From an uncultured archaeon (GTDB lineage Archaea; Asgardarchaeota; Lokiarchaeia; Sigyniarchaeales; SOKP01): a stretch of DNA of 64,000 nt. Position 1 is the stretch's first letter, and each line of letters starts with the position of its first letter. The stretch is taken from contig CAZDTP010000002.1 of the NCBI GenBank assembly GCA_964508365.1, positions 92,434-156,433 of the forward strand, in the 5' to 3' direction. The notes beneath the pieces are model-generated. The model saw nothing but the letters and a program-made list of their open reading frames with translations. It was not told the origin of the DNA and did not search any database. Position numbers and translations under genes: made by a program. Of this stretch, positions 38,915-49,208 are shown one piece after another.

Positions 38915-39068
38915 TATACATAATAAAAAAAGAAAATATTTTTAATAACTTAATCGGTGTTAAATTATAGTAAAACTAATTGTTTGAAGAGTAAATTTTG
39001 ATTAAAAAGTAATTTTGGTTCTTTTTGAAATATCTCCAAAAAAATATAAGTTATAAAAGGATAAAAAT

Positions 39069-40412
39069 CTAATAATCGACTTTAGGTATAGTATCCTCAA
39101 TTTCTCTACGCGGAGGTTTATATTTAAAAAATCTTCGAGATTCGCTATCCTCCAACACGTAATTACTACCCCCGCCGTGTATCATGCAAAAGGGGTCGAA
39201 TAAACCGATTTCATTAGCGTATTGTCTTGTAAAGCCCCGTCCACCCATAGTTCTAAAGCAATGAATAGCGCTCTCAAACCCAAGTTCCGTGGCACTTATC
39301 TTCAAACCCATAGTATTAGCGGCCATCAATTTTGAACCCGCTAATTCAGGATGCCTGTCTAATTGTCGTACATATTGGATCATAGCAGAAATTAACAAAT
39401 TCAGTTCACGGATTTTTCGAGAAATTGGAAATCGAATTACTTGATATTGATGTAATCTTCGTTCAAATTGTCTACGTTGGAGAGCATATGCATGAGAGTA
39501 GAGTAATTTTTTCATAGTGTCCCCTAAAGCTTCGGCACTTATAACTAATCGCTCTTCTGTTAATTGATGAAAAGCAATGTCTAACCCATGACCTTGAAGT
39601 AGGTTCTCTTTTGGGAGTTCTACTCTATCAAATATTAATCGACTAACGAAAGCATCAGTCATACCATAGGTTCTTACCCGAGCACTTCGAAAGTCTTTTA
39701 ACTGTTGATTTTCTGTATCCACAACAACTGCAGCTAATTGTCCATTATTTAACCTTCCATATAAAATAATATAATCAGCAATCATACCGTTCGTAATGAA
39801 TAATTTCTTGCCTTTTGCTATAATTATGTCATCCGTTTCTTGTAGAGCTAATTCCATTCTAAAAATATCAGAACCCGCGTTAAATTCGGTCATGGCAGAA
39901 GCACCAATTTTACCCTCTCCGGCTACAGGATTCAGAAATTTTTCTTTCTGTGCATCATTAGACGCATAACTAACAGGATTACAATAAAGCGTACCTCCAG
40001 CAAGTCTCCCCATCTCTACGCTATAATTTCCAGCAATATATCGTTCGCTGTATTCACTCCATCGACCACCACAAATTGCATAAGCTATTAAAGCGTTTCT
40101 AGTAATTCTTCCTACATCGTAGTCTTCGGTATTGAGTATTGTTGAATAATAACCTTTATCCGATAATTTCTTCATTATACCAATTACAAGTTCTCTCTTT
40201 TTGTCTTGAGTAGGCTCTTCTACGAGATAATTCAAATCTTCTAGCTTTCTGAATTCAGGATCGAGTTCCTTTTCCATAAATCCATATAGTTCTGCTAAGA
40301 ATTCTTTTTCTTGAGCGTTAAGCACGGGATTGTTAAGTAAATCTAATTCTGGAATATATTTTTGAATTTTGATTTTTTCGAACTCTCTAATTCTTGTATC
40401 CATAATTATCAT
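39069..40412 (-). CDS. Acyl-CoA dehydrogenase family protein
   Basis: ASAMTEFNAGSD, GKKLFITNG, RRQFERRL, MGGRGFT. Confidence 0.9.
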   Translation of the reverse strand: MIIMDTRIREFEKIKIQKYIPELDLLNNPVLNAQEKEFLAELYGFMEKELDPEFRKLEDLNYLVEEPTQDKKRELVIGIMKKLSDKGYYSTILNTEDYDVGRITRNALIAYAICGGRWSEYSERYIAGNYSVEMGRLAGGTLYCNPVSYASNDAQKEKFLNPVAGEGKIGASAMTEFNAGSDIFRMELALQETDDIIIAKGKKLFITNGMIADYIILYGRLNNGQLAAVVVDTENQQLKDFRSARVRTYGMTDAFVSRLIFDRVELPKENLLQGHGLDIAFHQLTEERLVISAEALGDTMKKLLYSHAYALQRRQFERRLHQYQVIRFPISRKIRELNLLISAMIQYVRQLDRHPELAGSKLMAANTMGLKISATELGFESAIHCFRTMGGRGFTRQYANEIGLFDPFCMIHGGGSNYVLEDSESRRFFKYKPPRREIEDTIPKVDY

Positions 40413-40590
40413 ACTATTTTCTTAAAATATTAAAATTATCTTTGGCAATTCTAATAGGAATCTTTTCCCATTATTTTAACAAAAAATTATTTAGAAATCT
40501 TTTAATCATAGTGAGATTAAAATATCATATCTATTAGATGTTTAAAATCTTCTAATAAAACAAGAATTTGATAACAAGATTGATTAAATA

Positions 40591-42012
40591 ATGATAAAAT
40601 TTAGCGATAAACAATTAAAGATTCCAAAATTAATGAGACCAGTATACTTAGCTACAGTAGGAATGTCTAAGTTCGATCGAGCGTTCCCAGAGACTCGGAC
40701 TGAAGAGCTTTGTATTCAAGCACTTACAGCTGCTGCTGATTTCGTCAATATGACCCCATCGGAATTAAAACAATACATTCACACATGTTATTATGGTCAT
40801 TTTGCTGATCATTTTGGAGACCAGCTCTTAGGAGAATCAGTGATCCACGATAGACTCGGATTAGATCCCCTTGGGAATATAGGCGTAAAAACAGGGGGAG
40901 CTACTGGAGGATCCACTATGTGGGAGGCCGTTAAAGCAGTTGCGTCAGGATACAGTGATTGTGCTCTTGCGTTAGGTTGGGAAAGAATGGATGAAGTGCC
41001 CACGGATGAGGGAAATCACCTCATTTCTGCTGCTGCAGATAAGGATTGGGAAACACCACTAGGACATATTTACACTGGTTATTACGCAGTTATGGCTCAG
41101 AGGTATTGGAAAATCTTTGGAAAGGAAGAAGATTCATTTCGGGATACGATGGCAGAAATTGCCGTAAAAAATCGTGGATATGCTCGTATGAACCCCTATG
41201 CTCACGGACCAATGAAAATTACTATAGAAGATGTAAAGAATTCACCCCTTGTTGCCTATCCACTTAGGGTATTGGATTGCTGTTTGATGAGTGTAGGTTC
41301 TGCATGTGGTATTGTTTGCGATGAAAAAACAGCTTATGAAATCACAGATAACCCCCTAAGAATTTATATCGCAGCAGGAAGTCATACCTTAAGAGTTGCT
41401 GACCGAAGAAATATGGCAATCCCCTTACTACCAAATGAAAACCCTGAAACATACAAAGATTTAGGGAAGCGATTTCCGGGATCTGATAGGTATCCGGGAT
41501 TCACAGGATTTTTAGCAGCAAGAATGGCAGCATATTATGCATATAGAATGGCGGGTATTGGAGATCCAATTGAGGATCTTGATGTAATAGAACTTCACGA
41601 TGCGTTTACTATTAGCGATATTCAATCTTATGAAGATGTAGGATTACGCCATTATGGTGAGGGTAGAGATTACATTGAATCTGGAGATGCTTATCTTATC
41701 AATCCAAAGACCAAAAAACCAGGTAAATTACCAAGCAATTTAAGTGGAGGATTAATAGGATGCATGCACGCAGTAGGTGCTACGGGATTAATGCAAATCG
41801 CAGAGATTGGATACCACATCTGGAATCGATGGGATGAGATACATGAACCTCAAGAGAAATGGGATGAGTTTAACCGAAAAAAACCTGATGATTGGGCTAG
41901 TTTGCAAGTAAAAGACGCTAAACGAGGCTTAGCAATAAGTCACGCTGGAGTCGGTTCGCATGTCACAGCCACAATATTAATGAACCCAAATAACCTACTA
42001 AAGGAGGATTAA
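40591..42012 (+). CDS. Thiolase-domain (SCP-x type) protein
   Basis: ELHDAFTISD, SGGLIGCMHAVGATG, AVKNRGYARMNPYAH. Confidence 0.9.
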   Translation: MIKFSDKQLKIPKLMRPVYLATVGMSKFDRAFPETRTEELCIQALTAAADFVNMTPSELKQYIHTCYYGHFADHFGDQLLGESVIHDRLGLDPLGNIGVKTGGATGGSTMWEAVKAVASGYSDCALALGWERMDEVPTDEGNHLISAAADKDWETPLGHIYTGYYAVMAQRYWKIFGKEEDSFRDTMAEIAVKNRGYARMNPYAHGPMKITIEDVKNSPLVAYPLRVLDCCLMSVGSACGIVCDEKTAYEITDNPLRIYIAAGSHTLRVADRRNMAIPLLPNENPETYKDLGKRFPGSDRYPGFTGFLAARMAAYYAYRMAGIGDPIEDLDVIELHDAFTISDIQSYEDVGLRHYGEGRDYIESGDAYLINPKTKKPGKLPSNLSGGLIGCMHAVGATGLMQIAEIGYHIWNRWDEIHEPQEKWDEFNRKKPDDWASLQVKDAKRGLAISHAGVGSHVTATILMNPNNLLKED

Positions 42013-42015
42013 AAG

Positions 42016-42615
42016 ATGCCAAAAACAGAAAATGAAAAAGGATTTGTTGATGTAGTAAATGGAAGATATAAACCAAAAGGAGTTTTCCACATTCTAGAGG
42101 CGAATCAACCAATATTTAACAAAGATACTGGGAAATTAGTAGGTATAACCAACCCTCGTGATATGACTTACATACATTCTTACGGTGGAGAAGCTCCTTT
42201 TTTCGAAGGTCTGGGAAAGGGAAAATTAATAGCATCCCGATGTGATAACGATAAATGTAATACAAAAGGATCTATTTATCAACCTTTCAGAATATATTGT
42301 CCAGATTGTTTGAGGAAGAATACCATCATTGATATGACGGATTTAGCAAAAACTACAGCAAAAATTCATTCCTACATTATCACTCATAGGTCTGGTGCAT
42401 TTAATTCTCTTCCAATACCAATAAAGTTCATAAATGTTGAGTTTGAAGGAGTTGTGACCATTTTAATGAGTGTCTTAGCCGTTGGAGAACCTGAAATTGA
42501 TAAAAGAGTAGTTCCGATATTTAATACCAAAGCACCTACTTATACAATCACAGATCTAAGGTTCGTTGTCGAAGGAACCTCAGAATCAGAATTACCTGAA
42601 GGTTTTACTTTTTAA
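42016..42615 (+). CDS. DUF35 Zn-ribbon/OB-fold thiolase partner
   Basis: RCDNDKC...YCPDC followed by OB-fold; adjacent to thiolase. Confidence 0.85.
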   Translation: MPKTENEKGFVDVVNGRYKPKGVFHILEANQPIFNKDTGKLVGITNPRDMTYIHSYGGEAPFFEGLGKGKLIASRCDNDKCNTKGSIYQPFRIYCPDCLRKNTIIDMTDLAKTTAKIHSYIITHRSGAFNSLPIPIKFINVEFEGVVTILMSVLAVGEPEIDKRVVPIFNTKAPTYTITDLRFVVEGTSESELPEGFTF

Positions 42616-42713
42616 TTTTAAATTTTTTCTTATTTTTTCAATTCTCGTAAAATAGGGATGATAAAAAAAATTATAATTTAGACTTAAACTTGAGTTTAAA
42701 TTCAATTTAATCC

Positions 42714-43613
42714 TTATAATGTCACATGTTCTTGCTTTAGATGAAATATTTTTCTTGCTTCTTCACCTTGTGCAATCTCTCGTCCCGCAACCTCGGCAAC
42801 TTTTTTAGCCCATGCTACTTGCTCGTAACTACCTTTAGCTAGCTCACCTGTAATATTGCGAGTATTATCTTCTAAGCCCACCCGAATATGTCCTCCTAAG
42901 GCTGCAGCACATAACCCCGCTTGAAATTGTTGCTTAGAAACTCCGCAAACGCTCCATGTAGAATCTGGAGGTATTAGATCTAATACTAAAGAAAAATTTC
43001 TTGGATTGAAAGGTATTCCTCCGAGCACACCCCATACAAACTGGAAGTGAAGTGGTTGCGAAAAGTCACCTTCCGATCTGTTAAGAAAAAGCATGTTATA
43101 AAGACCCCCTAAGTCATATATTTCCATTTCTGGTTTCGTTCCAGCTTTCTTCATCTCTTTTGCAAATTTCGCGATTGTTTTAAAAGTATTGGCAAAAATA
43201 TTATCAGCACCCATACCAACTTTTCCAGTGCGGTAATCACCAACCGCGAAATTCATGGATGCAGTATTTAGGGAAGCTAAAGGTGGTTTGAAGGTTTGAA
43301 CCGGTGCTATTCTTTGTTTATCTGTAGCTATCGAACTAATAGCACTACTTAAATTGATAATTACGTCTGGAGCTTTTGATTTAATGTTTTGCAGCACAGC
43401 TTTTATTAGGTCTAAGTCATGTGTTGGATTGCCTTTTACTGGATCTCGTGCATGGATGTGAACTATTGCAGCACCTGCATCATAGCACTTTTTTGCTTCA
43501 TCTCCAAATTCCTCTGCTGTATAGGGAACACTTGGATTATTAGCCTTGGTTGTAATTGCACCAGCTAGAGCTGCTGAAATAACCAATTTATTTTCTGGGT
43601 TTGATTCTGACAT
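42714..43613 (-). CDS. Beta-keto acid cleavage enzyme (3-keto-5-aminohexanoate cleavage family, DUF849)
   Basis: AALAGA, GAAIVHIHARD, ASLNTASMNF, KPEMEIYD, GHIRVGLED. Confidence 0.92.
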   Translation of the reverse strand: MSESNPENKLVISAALAGAITTKANNPSVPYTAEEFGDEAKKCYDAGAAIVHIHARDPVKGNPTHDLDLIKAVLQNIKSKAPDVIINLSSAISSIATDKQRIAPVQTFKPPLASLNTASMNFAVGDYRTGKVGMGADNIFANTFKTIAKFAKEMKKAGTKPEMEIYDLGGLYNMLFLNRSEGDFSQPLHFQFVWGVLGGIPFNPRNFSLVLDLIPPDSTWSVCGVSKQQFQAGLCAAALGGHIRVGLEDNTRNITGELAKGSYEQVAWAKKVAEVAGREIAQGEEARKIFHLKQEHVTL

Positions 43614-43749
43614 TTTATTTTATATTCCGTTTATTTTTGATTAATTATATAATTAGTTGATTAAAATATTAAATGTACTAATATTTAAATTTTTAAAAGT
43701 AAAAATTTTACTCAATTTATAATTTAATGAATTAAATTTAAATTTAACT

Positions 43750-44910
43750 TTGATGAAAATGACAAAAATTGGAAAAGTAGCTATTGTGGGAGTCGCTCAG
43801 ACTAAGTATGAGAAAGATAAAATAGATCAAACTTATTCTGAACTGGTTTTCGAGGTGGTTAAGAAGCTTCACAACGATTTAGGAATAACTAATGACGATG
43901 TTGGGTGTGTAATTACGAGTTCTAACGATTTTAATGATGGGAGAACAATTGCAAACATGGCTATACAAGATGCTGTAGGATCGGTAAGAAAAGCAGAATC
44001 AAGGGTTTCTGGTGATGGTGCTTTTGCCTTTATGTACGGAGCAATGAGGATTTTATCAGAGTCTTATGATACAGTCATGGTAGTTTCGCATTGTAAGTGC
44101 TCTGAGGTCAACCAATACCTCGTAAACAACACGATCTTTGATCCTTATTATCAAAGACACTTAGGTCTTGATCAAATTTCATCTGCTGGTTTAATGGCAA
44201 ACATGTATATGAATAAATACGGCGTAACTGAAGAGCAAGCAGCTAAAGTTGTGGTTAAAAATCGAAAAAACGCCCTCAACAACCCTTACGCACATTTACG
44301 GGAAGAAATTACTATAAAAGATGTACTTAATTCTAAGATGATGGCGTATCCTCTGAAAGAACTAGATTTTCCTCCATTTTCAGATGGAGCAGTTGCAATG
44401 CTTTTAGCAAAAGAAGATGTTGCTAAAAAAATGACAGAAACGCCTGTTTGGTTTAAAGGTTATGGAAATTGTACTGACGCATATTATTTGGGTAATAGAA
44501 ACATGACTGATTTAATTGGGTTAGAATTAGCAGCTAAGGAAGCTTATCGAATGGCAGGTATAAACAAACCAAATAAAAATTTAGATGTATGTGAAGTAAG
44601 CGAAAACTTTAGTGTTCACGAACTTATGATTTATGAGGCGTTAGGACTGTGTGATAAAGGAGAGGGGGGTAAGTTCATCGAAAGTGGTGAAACAGAAATG
44701 AATGGTTCAATCCCAGTAAATCCCTCTGGAGGCGTGCTATCCAGCAATCCAACCATGGCAAATGGATTAATTAGAGTAGCAGAGATTGCTTTACAATTAC
44801 AGGGAAAAGCTGATAAAAGACAAATTTCTAACGCAAAAACTGGTCTTGCTTATGGTATGAACGGGATATGTTCTCAAGGAAATTGCGTTTTAATTTTTGG
44901 AGGTGAATGA
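43750..44910 (+). CDS. Thiolase family (SCP-x type) protein
   Basis: VVKNRKNALNNPYAH, EVSENFS, PVNPSGGVLSSNP. Confidence 0.9.
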   Translation: MMKMTKIGKVAIVGVAQTKYEKDKIDQTYSELVFEVVKKLHNDLGITNDDVGCVITSSNDFNDGRTIANMAIQDAVGSVRKAESRVSGDGAFAFMYGAMRILSESYDTVMVVSHCKCSEVNQYLVNNTIFDPYYQRHLGLDQISSAGLMANMYMNKYGVTEEQAAKVVVKNRKNALNNPYAHLREEITIKDVLNSKMMAYPLKELDFPPFSDGAVAMLLAKEDVAKKMTETPVWFKGYGNCTDAYYLGNRNMTDLIGLELAAKEAYRMAGINKPNKNLDVCEVSENFSVHELMIYEALGLCDKGEGGKFIESGETEMNGSIPVNPSGGVLSSNPTMANGLIRVAEIALQLQGKADKRQISNAKTGLAYGMNGICSQGNCVLIFGGE

Positions 44911-46079
44911 AAATGACTAAACACGATGTAGCCGTTGTCGGTATCGGACAAACAAAATTTAGAAGCAAGAGAAGAGATGTAAACATTCCTGAGATGATCT
45001 ATGAAGCAGTTAAAATGGCTCTTGACGATGCTCAACTTGAACCTAAAGAGATTGATGCAATCATTATTGGAAATATGGATCATTTTGAAGGAATCAATTT
45101 TTCTGAATTGTTGTGTGGAATTGAAGCAGCACCGGGATATTTAAAACCCGTAGTAAAAGTAGCCACTGGAGGAACCACCGGTAGCTCCTTAGCAATCTGT
45201 GGGTATCATAATGTTGCTTCCGGAATTTATGATAATGTTTTAGTAGTTGGTTGGGAAAAATTAAACGAAGGTGGAGCCACAACAGGCATAATAACTGCTT
45301 TCGACCCCGTTTGGGAGCGCCCGTCTCTAGCTGGTGCACTCGGTCCGTTAGCTCTTATGGCAGGCATGTATTCTGCTAAGTATGGAATTACTGCTGAACA
45401 AGCGGCAAAAGTTACAGTAAAGAATAGGAGTAACGCTGCGAATAATCCTTTTGCTCACCTTCAAATGCCAAACATTACAATTGATTATGTTATGAGCTCA
45501 CAAATGATCGCGTATCCATTAAGATTGCACGATTGTTGTCCTCAAAGTGAAGGTGCTTGTGCTCTTATTTACGCTAACGAGCAAGAAACAAAAAAGATTA
45601 CTGACAATCCTGCTTGGTTCCACGCAGTAGAAACGGCTCATTATTATACATTTGGGACTGACGACAAAATGTTTGACCTTCCTACCGCAACAATAGCATC
45701 AAAGAAGGCATATAAAAAAGCAGGAATAAAAAATCCTATAAAAGATTTGGATGTTGCAGAAATTTATGAACCAACTTCTTGGAGTGAGCTTTCTTGGACT
45801 GAAGGATTAGGTTTTTGTAAGCCCGGTGAAGGTGGAAAGTTATTGGACGAAGGGATAACTCAAATGAGTGGAGAATTACCAGTTAATCCCTCGGGTGGCG
45901 TATTGAGCACAAATCCCATTGGTGCTACGGCTTTAGTAAGAGTAGCTGAAGCTGCTATTCAGATTATGGGGCGTGGTGAAAAACGTCAAGTGCCAGATGT
46001 AGAAAAGGCACTTGCGATGGGATTTGGGGGGAGTTTATGGACAGAGATAATGATTTTAGGAAAAAATCCTTTGAGGTGA
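44907..46079 (+). CDS. Thiolase family (SCP-x type) protein, ATGA-coupled to upstream thiolase
   Basis: VKNRSNAANNPFAH, DCCPQSEGA, PVNPSGGVLSTNPIGATAL. Confidence 0.9.
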   Translation: MKMTKHDVAVVGIGQTKFRSKRRDVNIPEMIYEAVKMALDDAQLEPKEIDAIIIGNMDHFEGINFSELLCGIEAAPGYLKPVVKVATGGTTGSSLAICGYHNVASGIYDNVLVVGWEKLNEGGATTGIITAFDPVWERPSLAGALGPLALMAGMYSAKYGITAEQAAKVTVKNRSNAANNPFAHLQMPNITIDYVMSSQMIAYPLRLHDCCPQSEGACALIYANEQETKKITDNPAWFHAVETAHYYTFGTDDKMFDLPTATIASKKAYKKAGIKNPIKDLDVAEIYEPTSWSELSWTEGLGFCKPGEGGKLLDEGITQMSGELPVNPSGGVLSTNPIGATALVRVAEAAIQIMGRGEKRQVPDVEKALAMGFGGSLWTEIMILGKNPLR

Positions 46080-46084
46080 AAAAA

Positions 46085-46579
46085 ATGAGTAAAAATAGAA
46101 AACTAAAAAAAGATTTCTTTGAAATTAAGTGGAAAACCGATTTGCCTTATCGTTATTCAATTGGTAAACTTGCTGTAAAATTTTTTGAAGAGTTAAAAGC
46201 AAATAAAAAGATAATGGGAAGCAAGTGTCCAAAATGTGAAAAAGTTCACTTTCCCCCTAGAGCAGTATGTGCTGATTGTATGGTGGAAATGACAATTGAA
46301 GATATGGTAGAATTGCCTCCAAAAGGTACTTTAGAGGGTTTCACAGTAATCAATTATCCTTTCACTGATCCCTCTACAGGTGGTATTCGACCATTTCCAT
46401 ATGGTTACGCGTTATTTAAATTAGATGGTGCTGATACTTATACTATGCATTTCGTAAACGAAACTGATGTGAATAAGATGAAAATTGGTCAACGAGTCGA
46501 GGCAGTATTTAATGAAGAACTTATAGGTGATTTAACAGCAGACATTCCATATTTTAGGATAATAAAAGAGGAAAATTGA
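46085..46579 (+). CDS. DUF35 Zn-ribbon/OB-fold protein
   Basis: GSKCPKC...PPRAVCADC; start moved to MSKNRK after GAGGTG RBS. Confidence 0.9.
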   Translation: MSKNRKLKKDFFEIKWKTDLPYRYSIGKLAVKFFEELKANKKIMGSKCPKCEKVHFPPRAVCADCMVEMTIEDMVELPPKGTLEGFTVINYPFTDPSTGGIRPFPYGYALFKLDGADTYTMHFVNETDVNKMKIGQRVEAVFNEELIGDLTADIPYFRIIKEEN

Positions 46580-46594
46580 GAGAGGTAGATAAAT

Positions 46595-47044
46595 ATGGCA
46601 GATGAAATTGAGAAAAAAGTATATCGAGGAAGGATTAAAGTTCCTTATAAACATACTGCGGGAGCGTATGTTGAAAAGTTTATAACAGAAATCGGAAAAA
46701 ACAATAAAATATATGGAGTCAAATGTCCGAAGTGCAATAAGGTTAATGTTCCTCCTAAAATGATTTGTATCGAATGTTTTGAAAAAATGGAAGAATGGGT
46801 TGAGATCGGAAACCAAGGAATTGTTAAAGGGTTCACTGTCATCACGCATTCTACACCAGTTATGCCTTTAGAACCACCCTTCGCTTATGGAATTATCAGA
46901 CTCGATGGTGCAGACACGGATTTTGTACATATCATAAAAGAAAGCGATCCAGAAAAACTAAAAATAGGGATGAAAGTAAAAGCTGTTTTTAAAGAAAATC
47001 CAAGAAAAAGGATTTTGGATATAGAATATTTCGAGCCAATATAA
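46595..47044 (+). CDS. DUF35 Zn-ribbon/OB-fold protein
   Basis: GVKCPKC...PPKMICIEC, LDGADTDFVH. Confidence 0.9.
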   Translation: MADEIEKKVYRGRIKVPYKHTAGAYVEKFITEIGKNNKIYGVKCPKCNKVNVPPKMICIECFEKMEEWVEIGNQGIVKGFTVITHSTPVMPLEPPFAYGIIRLDGADTDFVHIIKESDPEKLKIGMKVKAVFKENPRKRILDIEYFEPI

Positions 47045-47119
47045 TAAAAATTTAATACGTTTTTTTTTTACTTTTAATATATTTATACAAATTTAATTAA
47101 CTAAATAAGATGAAAAATT

Positions 47120-47944
47120 GTGAATGATAAAGTAGTTTTAATAGAAGAAAACGAAGATGGAACCATAACAACTATAAAAATGAATCGTTTAGGCAAAAAA
47201 AATGCGATGAACTATGATTTAATGGTCGGACTTCAAAAAGCAATTGATAAAGTAGAACGTACTAATACAAGAGTCGTTATAATAACTGGAGGAGAAGAGT
47301 TCTTTAGTTCAGGCATAGACTTAAATTTCCTTACAGGTCAGGAAAGGGATCCTGAAGGTATTGTTCCAGATTTGAGAATCCCAAGGAATTTTAGATATTT
47401 CGCTAATACATGGATACATCCGATTTTTACTAAAATCGAAAAGATGGAAAAACCTGTGATTGCCAAAATAAATGGCTATTGTTATGGAATGGCATTTGAG
47501 TTAGCACTGGCTTGTGATTTTCGATTTTGTACTGAATCAGCCAAATTCCATATGCTGGAATCTAAGATAGGTATGAATCCCGATGTAGGAGGGACTATAA
47601 GGCTTACCCGTTTGGTAGGCATTCAAAATACCAAAGATATTATTTTAACTGGACGTCAATTTGATGGATCTGAAGCTTATAGACTTGGAGTAGTAAATCA
47701 GGTTGTTAAAAACCATGAAGAACTAGAATCAATCATAAAGAAATATACTGATGAACTCATCGATAGCGCACCACTCGCCGTAGGTTTGGCAAAGAAATTA
47801 ATTGATGATTGTTATGGTAAGGATATTGGTTTAGGTCTTGAATTAGAAACCTTGGTCAGTTCCCAACTACTTCAAACTAAAGATGCAACTTCGGGTGCAC
47901 TCGCTAGATTACAGAAAACTAAACCGAAATGGAAATTTAAGTAG
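47120..47944 (+). CDS. Enoyl-CoA hydratase/isomerase family protein
   Basis: FSSGIDL, VIAKINGYCYGMAFELALACDFR, ESKIGMNPDVGG. Confidence 0.92.
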   Translation: MNDKVVLIEENEDGTITTIKMNRLGKKNAMNYDLMVGLQKAIDKVERTNTRVVIITGGEEFFSSGIDLNFLTGQERDPEGIVPDLRIPRNFRYFANTWIHPIFTKIEKMEKPVIAKINGYCYGMAFELALACDFRFCTESAKFHMLESKIGMNPDVGGTIRLTRLVGIQNTKDIILTGRQFDGSEAYRLGVVNQVVKNHEELESIIKKYTDELIDSAPLAVGLAKKLIDDCYGKDIGLGLELETLVSSQLLQTKDATSGALARLQKTKPKWKFK

Positions 47945-48017
47945 AATTTTAATTTTTTTTTCAGTTTTTATTAATTTTAAAAAAAATAGAGAAGTTTTTA
48001 ATCTGTATTTTAAAAAT

Positions 48018-49205
48018 CTAAGTATTAGTTAAGTCCAAATGGATATCTGAAATCGGATAAGAGACACAGGGATGGATATAACCAAAATCTTTATCAACTT
48101 CCCGTATTATCACATCTGGAGGAACAAAAACCTTACCTGAAATCAATCTCGTTCGGCAAAGAGCACATTCACCTGAACGGCAAGCATTTGCAATCTGGAT
48201 TTTATCCTTAATTGATCGCTCCAAACTATTCAAAAGTGGTTCTGTACATAATGCTTCGAAATTTGTTTCATCTATGAGCGCATTACTCCTATATTTTACC
48301 GTAATTTGTATTTTATTTGACGAATTTATTTCTTGAGGCCACCCAATAACTTTTGTAACATCATCAGGAACTCCAAATGCTTCGTAATAAATTCGATGCT
48401 GAGAAATTCCAAGAGTAGTTAATTCTTCTCTAACAAATTGATACATTGCTTGATTACCAACCACATAGAAATATTTCTTTTCAATAGCACCGATTTCGTT
48501 TAATATTTTATCTCTTGAGATAAAACCACATTCTCCTTTCCAATTAGCTTCTGGTTCAGAGAGGATATATCTAACATGAACGTTTGGTCTTCTTTTCTGA
48601 ATTTCATCTAATTCTACTCTAAACAATATATCTTTTTCAGTCACGCAACCAAAAATTAACCAAATGTTCAAGGGAATATCTTTCTCACTGATATCTTTCA
48701 ACATGGAAATAAATGGTGTAATTCCACTACCTCCTGCAATAAAAACCAAATCTTTTCCGTGAAACAGAGGATTATAAAATAGATTTCCAAGAGGTTCAGA
48801 AGCTTCTAAAACATCTCCAACTTTTAAGTTTTCAACAAGAAATGGGCTAACAAATCCTCCTTCTTTTATTCTTATTCCTAATTCGTAAAAAGATAACTGA
48901 TTTGGAGAGGAGGCAATAGAAAAAGGGCGCGAAGTTCTCACTCCATTGATCTCCACCGTTAATCCTATGTATTGTCCCGCTCGAAAAGGTGCTAAAGGCT
49001 TATTTGGGTTAGCAGAGGTAAATCGAAATAACTTTGTATCGGAAGAGAGTTGTTTTATATCAGAAACTCTTAATATTTGCTTCCCAGGGTGAATTCTATT
49101 GCACAAATTTTCTAATCCATCGTAATACCACGGAATAACCTGAAGTTCTTCTCGTTTTTTCTTAGCTTTTTCAGCATTTTGGTATTTCTTAACATCTTCC
49201 ATCAT
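48018..49205 (-). CDS. FNR-type FAD/NAD oxidoreductase with C-terminal [2Fe-2S] domain (KshB/PaaE/Hcr-like)
   Basis: RPFSIASSP, GFVSPFL, IAGGSGITP, CRSGECALCR...C. Confidence 0.9.
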   Translation of the reverse strand: MMEDVKKYQNAEKAKKKREELQVIPWYYDGLENLCNRIHPGKQILRVSDIKQLSSDTKLFRFTSANPNKPLAPFRAGQYIGLTVEINGVRTSRPFSIASSPNQLSFYELGIRIKEGGFVSPFLVENLKVGDVLEASEPLGNLFYNPLFHGKDLVFIAGGSGITPFISMLKDISEKDIPLNIWLIFGCVTEKDILFRVELDEIQKRRPNVHVRYILSEPEANWKGECGFISRDKILNEIGAIEKKYFYVVGNQAMYQFVREELTTLGISQHRIYYEAFGVPDDVTKVIGWPQEINSSNKIQITVKYRSNALIDETNFEALCTEPLLNSLERSIKDKIQIANACRSGECALCRTRLISGKVFVPPDVIIREVDKDFGYIHPCVSYPISDIHLDLTNT

Positions 49206-49208
49206 GCT

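Noticed and set aside
41400-41520. Insertion in thiolase 40591..42012 as a second BHB intron
   Set aside because: No stop or frameshift and no convincing bulge-helix-bulge found by eye; treated as a protein loop.
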